Below are positions 25,111-37,898 of a DNA stretch of 64,000 nt, piece by piece. The DNA comes from Mustelus asterias (taxonomy: Eukaryota). Made by a program: the position numbers and the translations under genes. Below the pieces are notes generated by a model, which was not told the DNA's origin, did no database searches, and was given only the letters and a program-made list of their open reading frames with translations. The number at the start of each line of letters is the position of its first letter. Positions within the stretch are counted from its first letter, which is position 1. The stretch lies in contig NC_135813.1 in NCBI RefSeq assembly GCF_964213995.1, positions 16,306,001 to 16,370,000 on the forward strand, in the 5' to 3' direction.

Positions 25111-25535
25111 CCTTCCCCATTCAGGGTCCTCCGGCCCTTTCCCATTCAGGGTCCTCCAGCCCTTCCCCATTCCGGATTCTCCAGCCCTTCCCCATTCAGG
25201 GTCCTCCGGCCCTTCCCCATTCAGGGTCCTCCGGCCCTTCCCCATTCAGGGTCCTCCTGCCCTTCCCCATCCGGGGTCCTCCGGCCCTTCCCCATCAAGG
25301 GTCCTCCGGCCCTTCCCCATCCAGGCTCCTCCGGCCCTTCCCCATTCGGGGTCCTCCGGCCCTTTCCCATTCAGGGTCCTCCGGCCCTTTCCCATTCAGG
25401 GTCCTCCGGCCCTTCCCCATTCAGGGTCCTCCGGCCCTTCCCCATCCGGGGTCCTCCGGCCCTTCCCCATCCAGGCTCCTCCGGCCCTTCCCCATTCGGG
25501 GTCCCCCGGCCCTTCCCCATTCCGGGTCCTCCAGC
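25111..25535. repeat. 25-bp GC-rich minisatellite CCTTCCCCATTCAGGGTCCTCCGGC, about 17 units
   Basis: Period visible directly. Confidence 0.97.
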
Positions 25536-26095
25536 AGCTTCCACTGATGCCAGCCAAAGGCAAATATTCAAAACTTTTGTCTTAAAGAAACCAATTCCTT
25601 TTTTGCAGATAAGTATGCAATTCCCCTTTGAAGGTTCCGAGTGAAGCTGCCTCTGCATTCCTTTCAGGCAGTGCACTTCACATCACAACACAACATCGCG
25701 GCTCTCTGTGACAAGGTTCTTTAGGCTGGAGTAATTTAATTGTAACAGGGACAATTCCAGGGAGGCCCATTGACGCATCCACTTTCCCATGTGATTACCC
25801 TGCTGTATTTCTTCATCTTAGAACCTGAAATCTAATTCCCGAAGCCTGTTACACAGCTCACTGCACATCTTATTGGCCTCCTGTGAAGCTATTGATGGAG
25901 TATTGCAGGAATGCACTGACAGCACTCTCGGGTACCCAGGAGGATGAGCAGCCATAACGGCCGAGAGCACGTATCCTGGGATGACAAGGAGAGGGTGGAC
26001 AGGGTGAATTTTATTTGGGTGGTTTTGCTTTTAATTTATTTTGCTTGAAATCTATAGCGTCAACTGGAATGTTCTTGACTGGTTCTCTCTTCCAG

Positions 26096-26257
26096 GATTC
26101 TGAGAATGGGACTCCTTTTGCTTCGTCAACCCAGCTGCCGCGATCTCCCAGCAGCCAGTGCTCCTCCCCAACCCCGCTGGCATCCCAGCACCACCTGCAG
26201 CTGCTCCAGCACCAGCTCCTACAGCAGCAACAGCAGACCCAGGTGGCTGTGGCACAG
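26096..26257 (+). CDS. NOS1AP: NOS1AP-like exon (162 bp; DSENGTPF..TPLASQHHLQLLQHQLLQQQQQTQVAVAQ)
   Basis: TTCCAG acceptor, CAG|GTTAGT donor; the QQQQQTQVAVAQ coiled-coil start of NOS1AP; phase 0/0. Confidence 0.92.
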
Positions 26258-26759
26258 GTTAGTCCCCCCCGTTACCTGGCAGGGGAGGGGGTGAAGGGAA
26301 GATCCTCAAGTTTAAAATATTAGAAATGATTATTCAGGAATAGACTATAAAAGGTACATGATGAAACGTGACTTCAAACAGATCTCAAACTTCCAGACAG
26401 CTGCATATGTTCAGAATTTGGAAATGTACTTGTGTAAATTGTTGGGTACAGTTGGTTTTTAAATGTACACAGTCAGCTCAGTTCTTCTCATTTCCTGTAC
26501 CTTTTCAGTCCCTCATCCTCTGTGAAGCATTATAACACCTGCTTCCGACTGACAGTGTCTTATTACACAAACTGCAGTTTACACTGGTGAAATGCAGTCA
26601 CTGGACCACGCTGCTTTATCTGAGATTCAGCAGTGTTGATACAGACTGAGCCGTACTAGCAGACTGGTGAGAAGATGGTGCCAATGGCACGGCCCCCCAC
26701 AGGAGAGTTATTACAGAGATAGTCTTTCTTACACTCACACCTTAACTTAGGTTTCAGTG

Positions 26760-27243
26760 TGATTTGATTTGATTTGATTTACTATTGTCACATGTATTAA
26801 CATACAGTGAAAAGTACTGTTTCTTGCGCGCTTTACAGACAAAGCATACCGCTTATAGAGAAGGAAAGGAGAGAGTGCAGAATGTAGTGTTACAGTCATA
26901 GCTAAGGTGTAGAGAAAGATCAACTTAATGCGAGGTAGGTCCATTCAAAAGTCTGGCAGCAGCAGGGAAGAAGCTGTCCTTGAGTCGGTTGGTACGTGAT
27001 CTCAGACTTTTGTATCTTATTCCCGACGGAAGAAGGTGGAAGAGAGAATGTCCGGGGTGTGTGGGGTCCTTAATTATGCTGGCTGCTTTTCCGAGGCAGC
27101 TGGTAGTGTAGACAGTGTCAATGGATGGGAGGCTGGTTTGCGTGATGGACTGGGCTTCGTTCACGACTCTTTATAGAGTCTGGCAGTCTTGGGCAGGAGC
27201 CATACCAAGCTGTGTTATAACCAGAAAGAATGCTTTCTATGGT
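26760..27243 (-). mobile_element. Rex1/Babar-clade LINE 3' end with (ATTTG)n tail
   Basis: Minus peptide IIKDPTHPGHSLFHLLPSG.RY..TNRLKDSFFP. Confidence 0.85.
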
Positions 27244-27565
27244 GGCTGTGGCCATTGTATGTGGCTGTTTGAAGGTGAATATCAGTGCCATCTTACAGAA
27301 ATTGTACAGGGAAGGCAGTTACCAAGAGCCTTGTGGCACATCTTTATCCGGCTATTGCACTGAGTGATGAGCGATGCGGTTTGTCTGGGTGTGTCGGCAC
27401 AACATTGCCATGAGATGGTGCTGTAGGCTGACCCTGTGCTCTACCCTCTCTGATGTTCCTTTCAATGGATCATCAAGATAAGAGGATTCAAACGCTGCAG
27501 CTGTCAGCAAACATTTACCTCTGTTCATCTCGTAACAGAAACATTTAACTCTTCACTCACCCAAT

Positions 27566-27955
27566 TTGACTTGCTCTCCTGCCTCTCTCCCTCTGGTCAC
27601 TACTCTCCCTTTCACTCTTCCTCCTCTGATCATTCTCACTCATCTCCCTCTGACCACAGTCTCTCCTTCATTCCCTTCCCTTTGCTGGTTACTTCTCTCT
27701 CCTCACTTTCCTCCCTCTGTCCCATCACTGACCTCTTCCTCACTTTCCTCCCTCTCTCCCTCAGGTCACTCTCCTCCCTCTCTCCCTCTGGTCACTTCTC
27801 CCTCCCTCACTTTCCTCCCTCTGTCCCATCACTGACCTCTTCCTCACTTTCCTCCCTCTCTCCCTCAGGTCACTCTCCTCCCTCTCTCCCTCTGGTCACT
27901 TCTCCCTCCCTCACTTTCCTCCCTCTGTCCCATCACTGATCTCTCCCTCCCTCCC
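27566..27955. repeat. Polypyrimidine tandem repeat with a 104-bp period built from subunits of about 26 bp
   Basis: CACTTTCCTCCCTCTGTCCCATCACTGA recurs at 27704, 27808 and 27912. Confidence 0.9.
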
Positions 27956-28550
27956 TTGAGCCTCCTGCACACTCCTGGAATCGGTGCAGCATTTAACAGC
28001 ATGAAGTGCCCAGGAGCAGATGTCCCTGTTTTACTGAGAAATCTAATTGAAGGGAGAAGGGCAATCATCAGGGATTCCACCTAGGTTGGGGCAGAGTAGA
28101 AGGGAAACCTCCAATAACCCAAGCGGTGCTAAAATTTGAAAGCCCAAAGGAGGAGGGATTGAGATTCTGGTAGTGAATAAGTTAAGGGATGGAGATGGTT
28201 AAAGAAGCTTTAAGCTCAGCACAGGGTGTAGTAGGGAGGAGCAAAACATGTAGAATGGTCTGCTTGAAGCTTGGAAGAAGCAGAAAGAACAGTTTGTACC
28301 ATTGTACCATCAATAGAGAGGAGGAAAGCATCTTTGATTTTCCCAGCATAAATCTACTGAGAGCCCAGGTCATACGCTCCCTTCATTGGTCGGTGAAAGG
28401 GCTCGAGACAACTGCAATAAACAGCCATTTTATTCAGCGAATGACTAATCTCTATGGAGCAGACTGACGTCCTTATCTGTGTGATAAAGAATCCATCAAA
28501 AATTCTATCTTTACAATTTTAAAATGAGCACAGCCGGAGGGCTCTGATCA

Positions 28551-30318
28551 TATTATGATGGGCTGCTCACAAAATTACCAGCAGCAAGAAATAATAATCC
28601 AAGTTAATGATTACTTTGTAATGCAGCGAGACATCTAGGAGGGAGTTGAAATCGATAATATTTGAGATGGGTTTTACTTTCATGGTTAATGCTGGTACCT
28701 TTAACCCATTGGTTATGTTGTAATGTTACCACAGAATGCTCCATCTATTGGATATTTGATATCCAGTTGATATTGCTGTTTTATACAACAGTCATAGAAT
28801 CTCTAGAAGGAGACCATTCAGCCCATCGAGCTTGTACCGACAACAAACCCACCTAGACCCTATCCCTGTAACCGCACATATTTAACCCGCTAATTCCCTT
28901 GACATCAAGGGGCAATTTCGCATGGCAAATCAACCTAACCCGCACATCTTTGGAGTGTGGGAGGAAACCGGAGCACCCGGAGGAAACCCACGCAGACACG
29001 GGGAGAACGTGCAAATTCCACACAGACAGTAACCCGAGGCCAGAATTGAACCCAGGTTCCTGCAGCTGTGAAGCAGCAGTGCTAACCACCATGCCGCCCA
29101 ATCACAGATATGAAGTTTTTTAAGGTTGTTAAGTTTTGGGACTGTCTCTTTAATTTAAGGTAAAATGGTGGAATGAAGTGAGTCACGTGGCTTGCTTTGG
29201 ATGTGGCCCGACCAACAAGCTGGGGTAACTTGATTGTTAAAGGTTAAAGGGTGGCCCATGTCGATTTACTGGGAAGAAGATGCAAGATACGCACGCTTGT
29301 AGATAACGGACAGGATTTCCTAGTCACTGGAGATTCCCATCTGAGGTCAACGGATTTTGGCTTGTCCATTGAATTCTCTGTCCTGCCCCTGCGATTCCTG
29401 CAGTGGACTGGAGCAGAAGGTTCAGGCCAATGGCAAGAGTACCTGTTGGCTGTGGATAGACTGTCAGTCGCCAGATCTCACAGAAAGTTGTTAGGAATGT
29501 CGGGTTTTATAAACGGTTATAGTTTAAGATGCCTATTTAACTCCAAGATAGAATGGATTTGTGGATGGCTAGTTAGCATTTTTACCTGAATACAAGATCC
29601 ATGTGATCCACACTGAAATGTGGATGGGCATTAGGAAGGAAAAGTCAATAGAAAGGCATTGTGATGTCAGGTTGCATGTTTTTTAAGATATCCCTGAACC
29701 TCATTGACAAATCAGTCTGCAAGAATCTGAGAGAGGGCAGAGAAAGTGAGGCAGTTAGTCCTCCATATGAAGCAGAGAAAATACTGTCTTTATTATTCAC
29801 CATGTGAAAGGTAAGCGGGCATTCGTATTTAGATTAAGAGACCAAATTCATGAGGTTTTCAACAAAGGCTGGAAGATCTGCCTGGCTTTGGCTAAAAGGA
29901 GAAATCTCCTGGGTAACCCTCACCATGAAAGTCAGTTTTAGGATTAGAAGTTACCCAACCAAGAAAGTAAAAAGGCAGCTGGCCAATGGGAGCAGAAAAT
30001 AGATTTGGACTGGTTCTGTAAGAATAAGTGTTCACTTAAGGGACAGTGTAAAGTATTACCAAGGCAGAAAAGTTTCAGCTGTATTAAAAGTTAAAGGTGG
30101 AAATCTTTCTATAGTTTAGTGTTGAAGTTGCCTACAAAATTAGTGTTTAGTCAATGTTGTTTTTTATTTGTATGTCACAGTAAAAGTCTTAAAACTTGAA
30201 ATCCTATTGTTTGATCCTTCCAGTTAGTCACTGGAAATTCTTTTTAAATTTCTTTTTCTAATTTAATTTCTTTTAAATACCTTTTTTAAAGTTCTTGGTC
30301 TCTACTGGAATCATAACA
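28551..30318. mobile_element. Possible old solo LTR, interrupted by a SINE
   Basis: Ends TATTATGAT ... ATCATAACA (near-inverted TG..CA-type termini); no clear TSD. Confidence 0.3.
28792..29099 (-). mobile_element. HE1-type SINE
   Basis: Head, V-domain and tail in reverse orientation. Confidence 0.9.
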
Positions 30319-30444
30319 TTGACCCTTTAAAGTATGTGGTTTAAAACATTAAATAGCAGATGAGTGTCACCTGAATACTCTGGGCATGTGTATCCTAATA
30401 TAGGCAGCTGTAATTAATAGGTTATTGAAAGTGAACTACTAGTT

Positions 30445-30685
30445 CCTGTTTGCCTCAAGGCACCAGGGCCCCAGGTTCGATTCTGGCTTTGGGTGACTGG
30501 AGTTTGCGAGTTCTCCCCATGTCTGTGTGGGTTTCCTCCGGATGCTCAAGTTTCCTCCCAAATTCAAAGGGATGTGTAGATTAGGGGGAATGGCCATGGT
30601 AAATGTTTTGGGGATAGGGTGGGGGAGGAGGGATGCTCTTTTGGAGAGTCGGTGCACACTCGATGGGCTGAATACCTGGCTGTAA
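30445..30685 (+). mobile_element. Degenerate HE1-type SINE
   Basis: GCCTCAAGGCACCAGGG..GGTTCGATT..GGGTTTCCTCCGG. Confidence 0.75.
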
Positions 30686-31415
30686 GGGGGATGGAGACAG
30701 AAGCCGGAACGCAGAGTGATTTTCTGAGAGCGGGTCACTGTTATTCACTCGATAAACCTGCAGCAAACTGATTCACCAGAACAACGTCAACATCTTCAGC
30801 AACCAATCCCAAGGATACAGTAGCCCCACCATAAATTTAACAGGAGCATAAACACTGGCATGAATTCAAAGCTGAAATCCCATCTCTCGATTCAAATGCC
30901 TATTACAGAGCAAGCGAACTGTGTTTTAGGACAGGTTCGATTCTGTATAAACAGCAAATCATTCATGACACAGAACTGGGACTAAACAACAGGTTTGCAG
31001 TAATGGATTTATGTTCAAGCTATCTCACCAAGTCGAGGATAAATTGTGATGATTCTAATGCTTGAGTGTCTGAGAGAGTAAACACAGTTCATTGCATTCA
31101 ACATTACTCAGAACATCCAGTGACGTTTACCAAGCATCACTGTCCTTATTTGGCTTTGAACATCAGCTCGCGTGTGGTTAGATGCTTTGTTGTATTACAA
31201 CAGCACTATGAATGTACTCGGCCAAGCTCGAATGCATGTGCTTGAAATCTAAAGATATCTTTCAGCGGTGGCCCCCAGCTATTCACTGAGCTGTGAGCTT
31301 GTTTATGGTACCATCAATCCGTGCGGGTGGTGGGATGGAGTGGGGGGGGGGGGGGGGGGTCACCTCACTGAGTACAAAACGCAAATTATAGAGATCGATC
31401 CTTCTATTGTGTCAG

Positions 31416-31581
31416 GTGCATCTGTTGAAAGACCAGCTGTCGGCTGAGACTGCGGCGAGGATCGAGTCCCAGGCACGCGTTCACCAGCTGATGCTACAGA
31501 ACAGGGACCTCCTGCAGCATGTGTCCCTCTTAGTCAAGCAGCTGAAGGATCTGGAAAACAGAATGTGTGCACAGCCAACCG
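31416..31581 (+). CDS. NOS1AP: NOS1AP-like exon (166 bp; [56 protein letters not shown])
   Basis: GTCAG acceptor, G|GTAAGG donor; NOS1AP coiled-coil peptide; phase 0/1. Confidence 0.96.
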
Positions 31582-32043
31582 GTAAGGAGCATTGCAGAGA
31601 CTCAGCAAGTCCATGTTGACCGACTATGAAGAAAAATAAAGACTTGCCTTTAAATAGTGCCTTTTGTGACCTCAGAATATCCTATAGTGCTTTACAGCCA
31701 AAGAAGTTTTTTTGAAAAGTCATCATTGCTGTAATGTACCAAACACAGCAGCCATTTTGTTCTGTGGTGTTGCGGAATAACGATCATAACCCCAGGCCAA
31801 TTTCTTTTCAATTCAGACTTGGTAAAGTTATCTCGTTAATCAATAAATGCTCCACAGTACCTGAATCCCCATCACTCCCATCAGGTACCACAGAGCCCCA
31901 TTCTGGAGGGTAGGACTTCCTATGGAAGATTTATTGATGTGCAAGTTTCTCACTCACTAAACAAATATATGCTTTCAGTAACTCAATGTCCATCCCATAA
32001 GCTGGAACAAGCATGATGGAATTATGGGTAATTATAGATCTTG

Positions 32044-32680
32044 GGGGCGATCTTGCGAAAAGAAATTCTCAGTCTAGGACGAGCATGAAAACGGGAGAGT
32101 TTCTGATCCGTTTTTTGGGTGAGTCCCAATCTGCGATCTTGTGCACTTAAAGTAGAAAAAAACCTCAAGATCCGTTTCTCGCCCGTAGGGGGAGGGGACA
32201 CAATTGCTCAAAAGCTGGCTGAGAGCAGCAGAGGACACAATTGTGCATGCATCGTCCCTCTGCTCTGAAAGCAGCAGAGGCTGTCACTCAGTCTCTCAGT
32301 TTTCAGACAGCTTCCGTGACCTCAACAGGCACCTGGCCAGCTACCACGGGGGCCTGCGGCCTATTGCAACCTCCACCCGCCTGGACCAATTAACCCTGCG
32401 ACCACCCCCCCTGGACCAGTTGGCCCCTTGAACCCCCATTCCCCGCCCAGTCCATTCCCCCCTCCCTTCCCCCACCGATCTCAATGCAGAGTGGCAACGG
32501 GGCCCCCCTCCCTTCCCACTCCCCCCATGGTCAGCCCCCATCGTCCCCCTCCCTCTCCCATTGATCACAACTGCAGAGTGTGCAGTAGTTCCCTCCCACT
32601 ACCGATCGGCCACCCCCAGACTGGCCCCGCCCCTTTGGCACCACCCAGTGCCCGGTGGATAGTGCCAGAACTTACCTGAC
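32044..32680. mobile_element. GC-rich non-autonomous DNA transposon fragment related to 43444-44255
   Basis: Starts GGGGGCGATCTT and shares the internal GATC..GCAGAGTGGCA.. and C-rich motifs. Confidence 0.5.
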
Positions 32681-33990
32681 CTGTTAGGGGGCGACTGGGT
32701 ACTGTCAGTAAGGTGATGGGGTTGCGGGATTCCCCTGCATGTTGTGAATAATGTGCATGTAACATCCCCCACTGGTTCCCCGCCCGAAGGTCAGCCTGAC
32801 AGACAGACTAGCCGTCTGGTCAGGGTGGGTGGGAGTGGGCCAATGACAGCTGCAGGACCAGGGTCAGACCTCACTGGGGAAAAGAGACTGATACAGGGAT
32901 TGGAGAGGGGGTGTTGGGAGCACGGTGTGGAGTGGGGGTTCGATCTCTGTGGGGGTGCCGCTGATTCTGGGATATGGAGGTGGAGGGAGTATGGAGGCTC
33001 CACTGGAGAAGGTTAGTGGTGAATTGGAGGCCTGAGAATGGGAGAGGAGGTAGGGATTGGAGTTAGGGGGGAGACAGGGAGGTCAGAGGCCTCATAGAGA
33101 AAGTATTGGGTAGGGGGAGAGATGCCTGGTCACGGGGTTACCCAGGCTGGAGCTAGCAGGCGGTTACTACCATGATTGGGCAGCCCTCAAATGGGTACGA
33201 TGTTGTGTTTCCCAAGACTCAGAAAGTCCACCATTCACTGTTACAGTCAAAAAGTTGAATAACACTATATTTAAATTGTCATCCCACCGCTTCAAAGTCA
33301 TCAGTCAGTCACCCACCTTCCTGCTTCCATTTTGGCCACAAATGGGCTCATTGGTGTTGGGAGTTCCTACAGATTTTAACCACCCCACCACCACCTGACC
33401 CAAACACACCCATTTATTTGGTTAAAATTCCCTCTTTTTTGCATAAAATGGAAGATATACATTGAATGTCAAAACCATAGTAGAAGCGAGGCATTAAATA
33501 CTTTAAAACAATTGTAGCTCACTTTCTTAAGTTAACCGTCACTTCATAACTACAGGTTGTAGATTGATTAATTCCCAATGATCCAATTGGCAAGGACAGC
33601 AGCGAATAATAGGTGATAAAAGCCTAAAATCCAAGAGTGAGGTGAATGTAGTCGTACTGTATCCACTAGCAATGGCTGTAGGTTATAGAGTCCATGATAA
33701 ACATTGTACCATGTCTATTGTAGAATAGAGACGTCCAGTGTGTCCTTCTGTCTCCTGGAACAGTCTAAAACTCTTGTTGGGGGGACATCACTTCATTAGT
33801 TCCAAATGTTGTGTCCCCTAATATCAGTAAGATATAGTGATAACTAATTACTATGTATGGGGATTATTTGTACATAAAATCACTCCAAGTCTGTTCCAAA
33901 GTGGGTTACCACAGATGGACTCTAACCTGAAGCATGTTGAAGCCTACAAACCACTAACGTATGTTTTATCTCTTTTTTAAAAATCCTCAG

Positions 33991-34333
33991 CTGATCCAGG
34001 TTTGAGTTCAATTTCAGAACAAATTTCATTATTGAGTCTTCATCACCATGATCTGTTAATGAATGGACCTTCCACCTCAACTCCTGGAAAAGCTCCTCCT
34101 GCTTCTTGGGGGCCAAGCGCACTGACTTGCCATGACCACGGTCAGTCTTTCAAAAATCTCATGCACTTGGGCAAGGAGAACCAGGAAAATAGCAGCTGCT
34201 GGACAATGAATGGGAAGAAAGAGGCAAATAGAAGGATTGAAGGCTTGGAGAGCAGTGAAAAAGCTCCTGCCAGGGAAAAGCTGGCAGCTGAATTTAAATT
34301 GGATGACCTGGGCTTGGAAGCAAAGACTGAAAG
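33991..34333 (+). CDS. Penultimate coding exon (343 bp), C1orf226-like (A-DPGLSSISEQ..GQSFKNLMHLGK..LEAKTE-R)
   Basis: T-rich tract plus CCTCAG acceptor; phase 1 matches the previous exon; 113 open codons; AG|GTAGAG donor in phase 2 matches the next exon. Confidence 0.78.
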
Positions 34334-34526
34334 GTAGAGTTAAATGTATTGTTACTCTGTTTAACTATATGCTCCCAACAACCCTACTATCTTACCTTTC
34401 ACACTCTACTGTCCTCTCTCAGTTGGAGTAGACACGCAGGCTGAGGGAGGTTAGCTTCCTGGTGTTTTAACACCTCCTTCGCTCCACGTCCTACACAGAG
34501 AAATGTGGGCTGTGCTCACTCTCTCA

Positions 34527-34595
34527 GTAAGAGTTTTAACAACACCAGGTTAAAGTCCAACAGGTTTATTTGGTAGCAAATGCATCTCCACATCA
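34527..34595. mobile_element. Short Penelope-like pLTR fragment with inverted end and an 11-bp TSD (TCACTCTCTCA)
   Basis: TSD at 34516-34526 and 34596-34606; CAACACCAGGTTAAAGTCCAACAGGTTTATTTGG body plus inverted GCATCTCCACATCA. Confidence 0.8.
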
Positions 34596-34729
34596 TCACT
34601 CTCTCACCCCAGAGATAAAATATTTTCCACTCCTTTGTGTTCATTCTGCTTGCCTGATGATAGCTTAACTGAACAAGAAGCAAAAGGCAATCCACTAAAG
34701 AATCTCCACGGTGGCCTTTCTATCAGAAA

Positions 34730-35049
34730 GCGGCACGGTGGCACAGTGGTTAGCACTGCTGGCTCACAGTGCCAGGGACCCAGATTCAGTTCCAGCCTCG
34801 GGCGACTGTGGAATCTGCACATTCTTCTCTTGTCTCCCCAGTTTCCTCCCACACTCCAAAAGTGCGTAGGTTAGGTGGATTGGCCATGCTAAATTGCCTC
34901 TTAGTGTCCGAAGTGTGTGTTAGGGAGATTAGTGGGGTAAAACGTGGGGTTACGGGATAGGGCCTGGGTAGGATGCTCTGTCGAAGAGTTGGTGCAGACT
35001 CAATGGGCCGAATGGCCGCCTTCTGCACTGTAGGGTTTCTATGATTCTA
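34730..35049 (+). mobile_element. HE1-type SINE
   Basis: Head through to the TTCTATGATTCTA tail. Confidence 0.9.
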
Positions 35050-35401
35050 AAATACCACACCAAAAATATACTGTTTTCTAAATTTTAGCTTGCTTTCTAA
35101 TATTTTCAGAAATAAGCACATATTCTATTTTCACCCCTACTCCCCCTTGTGTGGAAGATGCTGACTGCTGCTAAGGTCGGGTTCCATGGTTCGGAGGAAG
35201 GACAACAGTCTGCCAGCCAGTACCTCTCACCCAAGTCAGCTATCTTCCTGTGACACCCTGCGGAGTTGTTTTATTACAGTGCAAACTATTTCCACCCTTG
35301 CCCAATGTCAATGTGCACACATAAATGTGCTTCGACAATGATCAGAACGCAAAGACTTTCTGCTACTCCATTGGCCTGAGGATGCTGAAGTCATGTTGAA
35401 G

Positions 35402-35486
35402 GTGACAAAGGGTCATCCCGACTCGAAACATTGGCTCTATTCTCTCTCCAGAGATGCTGAAATTTTCCAGCATTTTTTGTTTTTGT
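35402..35486 (+). mobile_element. Second Penelope-like pLTR family fragment with a degenerate hammerhead motif
   Basis: GTGACAA-A-GGGTC-ATCCC-GACTC-GAAA-CATT; homologous to 54876-55015. Confidence 0.6.
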
Positions 35487-35659
35487 TGCTGAAGCCCACT
35501 GTAACTGACTTGGCTGTGATCTGGCAACTTAGCACAGCCCAGGACTCCTCATATCCTACACTGTGCACAAAGCTATGGAGAGTTTAGATAAATCTGTTTT
35601 CAGTGCAGGTTCAGGCCTGATTTGACCAAGACCTTATTGAAATCAACTGGTATCTTTGG

Positions 35660-36337
35660 CAACAGAAAACTAGCATGCGGGTACAGCAGATAATAAAGAA
35701 ATCAAATGGAATGTTGGCATTTATAGCTAAAGGAATAGAATATAAAGGTAAGAAAGTATTGTTGCAACTATACAAGGCAATGGTGAGGCCGCACCTGGAG
35801 TATTGTGCACAGTTTTGGTCCCCTTATTTGAGGAAAGATGTAGCGGCATTGGAGGCAGTTCAGAGGAGGTTCACCAGATTGATTCCAGAGATGAGGGATT
35901 TGTCGTATGAAGAGAGATCGAACAGTTTAGGCCGATACTCTCTGGAATTTAGAAGAATGAGGGGAGATCAAGTTGAGGTATACAAGATGATAAAAGGTGT
36001 GGATAAAGTAGACATGGAGCGGATGCTTCCTCTTGTGGGGCATTCTAGGACGAGAGGTCATAATCTTAGGATAAGGGGCAGCAAATTTAAAACAGAGTTG
36101 AGGAGAAACTACTTCTCCCAAAGGGTTGTGAATCTGTGGAATTCGCTACCCCAAAACGCAGTGAATGCTGGGACAGAGAATAAGTTTAAGGAGGCGTTAG
36201 ACAGATTTTTAATTGGTTGAAGGGTTATGGGGAGAAGGCAGGAAAATGGGGATGAGGAGCATATCAGCCATGATCGAATGGCGGAGCGGACTCAATGGGC
36301 CGAATGGCCTAATTCTGCTCCTATATCTTATGAACAT
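35660..36337 (+). mobile_element. Young 5'-truncated CR1 LINE 3' end (uninterrupted 181-aa ORF2 C-terminus)
   Basis: RPHLEYCAQFWSPY..RRMRGD..FSQRVVNLWNSLP and the tail. Confidence 0.95.
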
Positions 36338-37493
36338 TGAGCCATCACTGTGATAGTTGCCCATTTTGATCTACGTAACAAAACGACATGTTTCTTTTCA
36401 CTTTTTAACAATTAAACTCTTTAATAAAATTGGATGTGAAATTGTCGCTGAGCAGGTTAAGCATTTCTCTCCTGACAACCAGGCATCTGGTGCGGGGATT
36501 CCGATCACAGATCTAATCATGGTAATTGGAAAACTGCATTCGAGATGAAGAGCTGTGAGTGATCCTAAATACTGCCCATCAACTTTGTGGAAATGAGATG
36601 AGCTTGAAAAATGAACTGTGCCCATTCAGATTTCAAAGAAGCTTCATTGGAAGAACTCTCACAATGTAATCTTCTTTTGAACTGCAGTGAATGGGCCATT
36701 CCCAATATGGAAGTACAGTTAAAAGGAAGGGAGAATACCTTAGGTTCTTAGCAATCTATGAATGCCTTAAACCTCGGACATGTTGCCAGCTCAGATTTGT
36801 CATCAGGTGACTGCACCCTTTTGGTTGCCCAGGGTTATTCAGTGCTCCAGCAGAGTGAAGAGGGGTTTCCAAAATAAATCCCCCCCCACTTTAGTTATCA
36901 TCCCACCTTTACTGGTCGCCTATTTATGGCCTCCTCTGATGACTCTTAAGGTGGTTGTTTTCTCTTGTGTGCATCTTAACGCATTGACCATTCATCCCAT
37001 CGATTGACCGGGGGAATAGCACAATCAAGTACGATTTTGTCACACCTGAAGTCCACATACGTGGGCTTTTTAGCCAGACTATTTGGATCAGGAGCAGAAC
37101 GTCCAGAGCAGGCATTGTGCTCTTTTCCATCAGGGATGGAATTTGTCTGCTCCAATCCATCAAGTTTCACCAAGAAAGCTGTGGTATTAGCCCCACCTCC
37201 GGCATTTACTAGCATTGTTGTTTCAAGTTGAACGAAACTTTCTGAGAAAGGTGAATTTCCTCCGGTTTCAGTGTATTCCCAGTGTATAATCAAACAGATG
37301 AAATTTGATGCAGAGGCGATTCAAATGATTAATTTTGGTAGGAAGAACACAAAGTGACAATATAAAGTAAAGGGTACAATTCTGAGGGGGTTGCAGGAGA
37401 GAGGGATCTTGTGTATGTGCACATAAATCATTGGAGGTAGCAGACCAGAATGAGAGAGTAGTTAAAGTATACAGTTCTCTAAGCTCTATTTAA

Positions 37494-37671
37494 TGATGTG
37501 GAGATGCTGGTGTTGGACTGGGGTGGGCACAGTAAGAAGTCTGACAACACTAGATTAAAGTCCAACAGGTTTATTTGGAATCACGGGTTTTCGGAACGCT
37601 GCTCCTTCATCAGGTGAGTAGGGTGTAGTCACCTGTTGGACTTTAATCTAGTGTTGTGAGACTTCTTACTG
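37494..37671. mobile_element. Penelope-like insertion with inverted arm, a 7-bp TSD (TATTTAA) and a degenerate hammerhead on the - strand
   Basis: TSD at 37487-37493 and 37672-37678; arms 37530-37570 and 37631-37671 are inverted copies. Confidence 0.85.
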
Positions 37672-37898
37672 TATTTAAAGGGGCATTGAGTACAAGGGCA
37701 ATGAGGTTCTGTTAAATTTGTATGAAAGAGTGGGTCTGCCTCAACTGGAGAATTGCATTCAGTCCTAAGTGCCACGTTTCAATAAAGATGTGAAGCATTA
37801 GAGAGTGCAGAAAAGATGCATGAGAGTGGATCCGGGTTGAGGAATTTCAGTTACGTAGATAGATTGGAGAAGTTGAGAAAGTTTTCCTCAGAGGCGAA

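Noticed and set aside
25065-25676. Proline/glycine-rich ORFs
   Set aside because: Translations of the 25-bp minisatellite.
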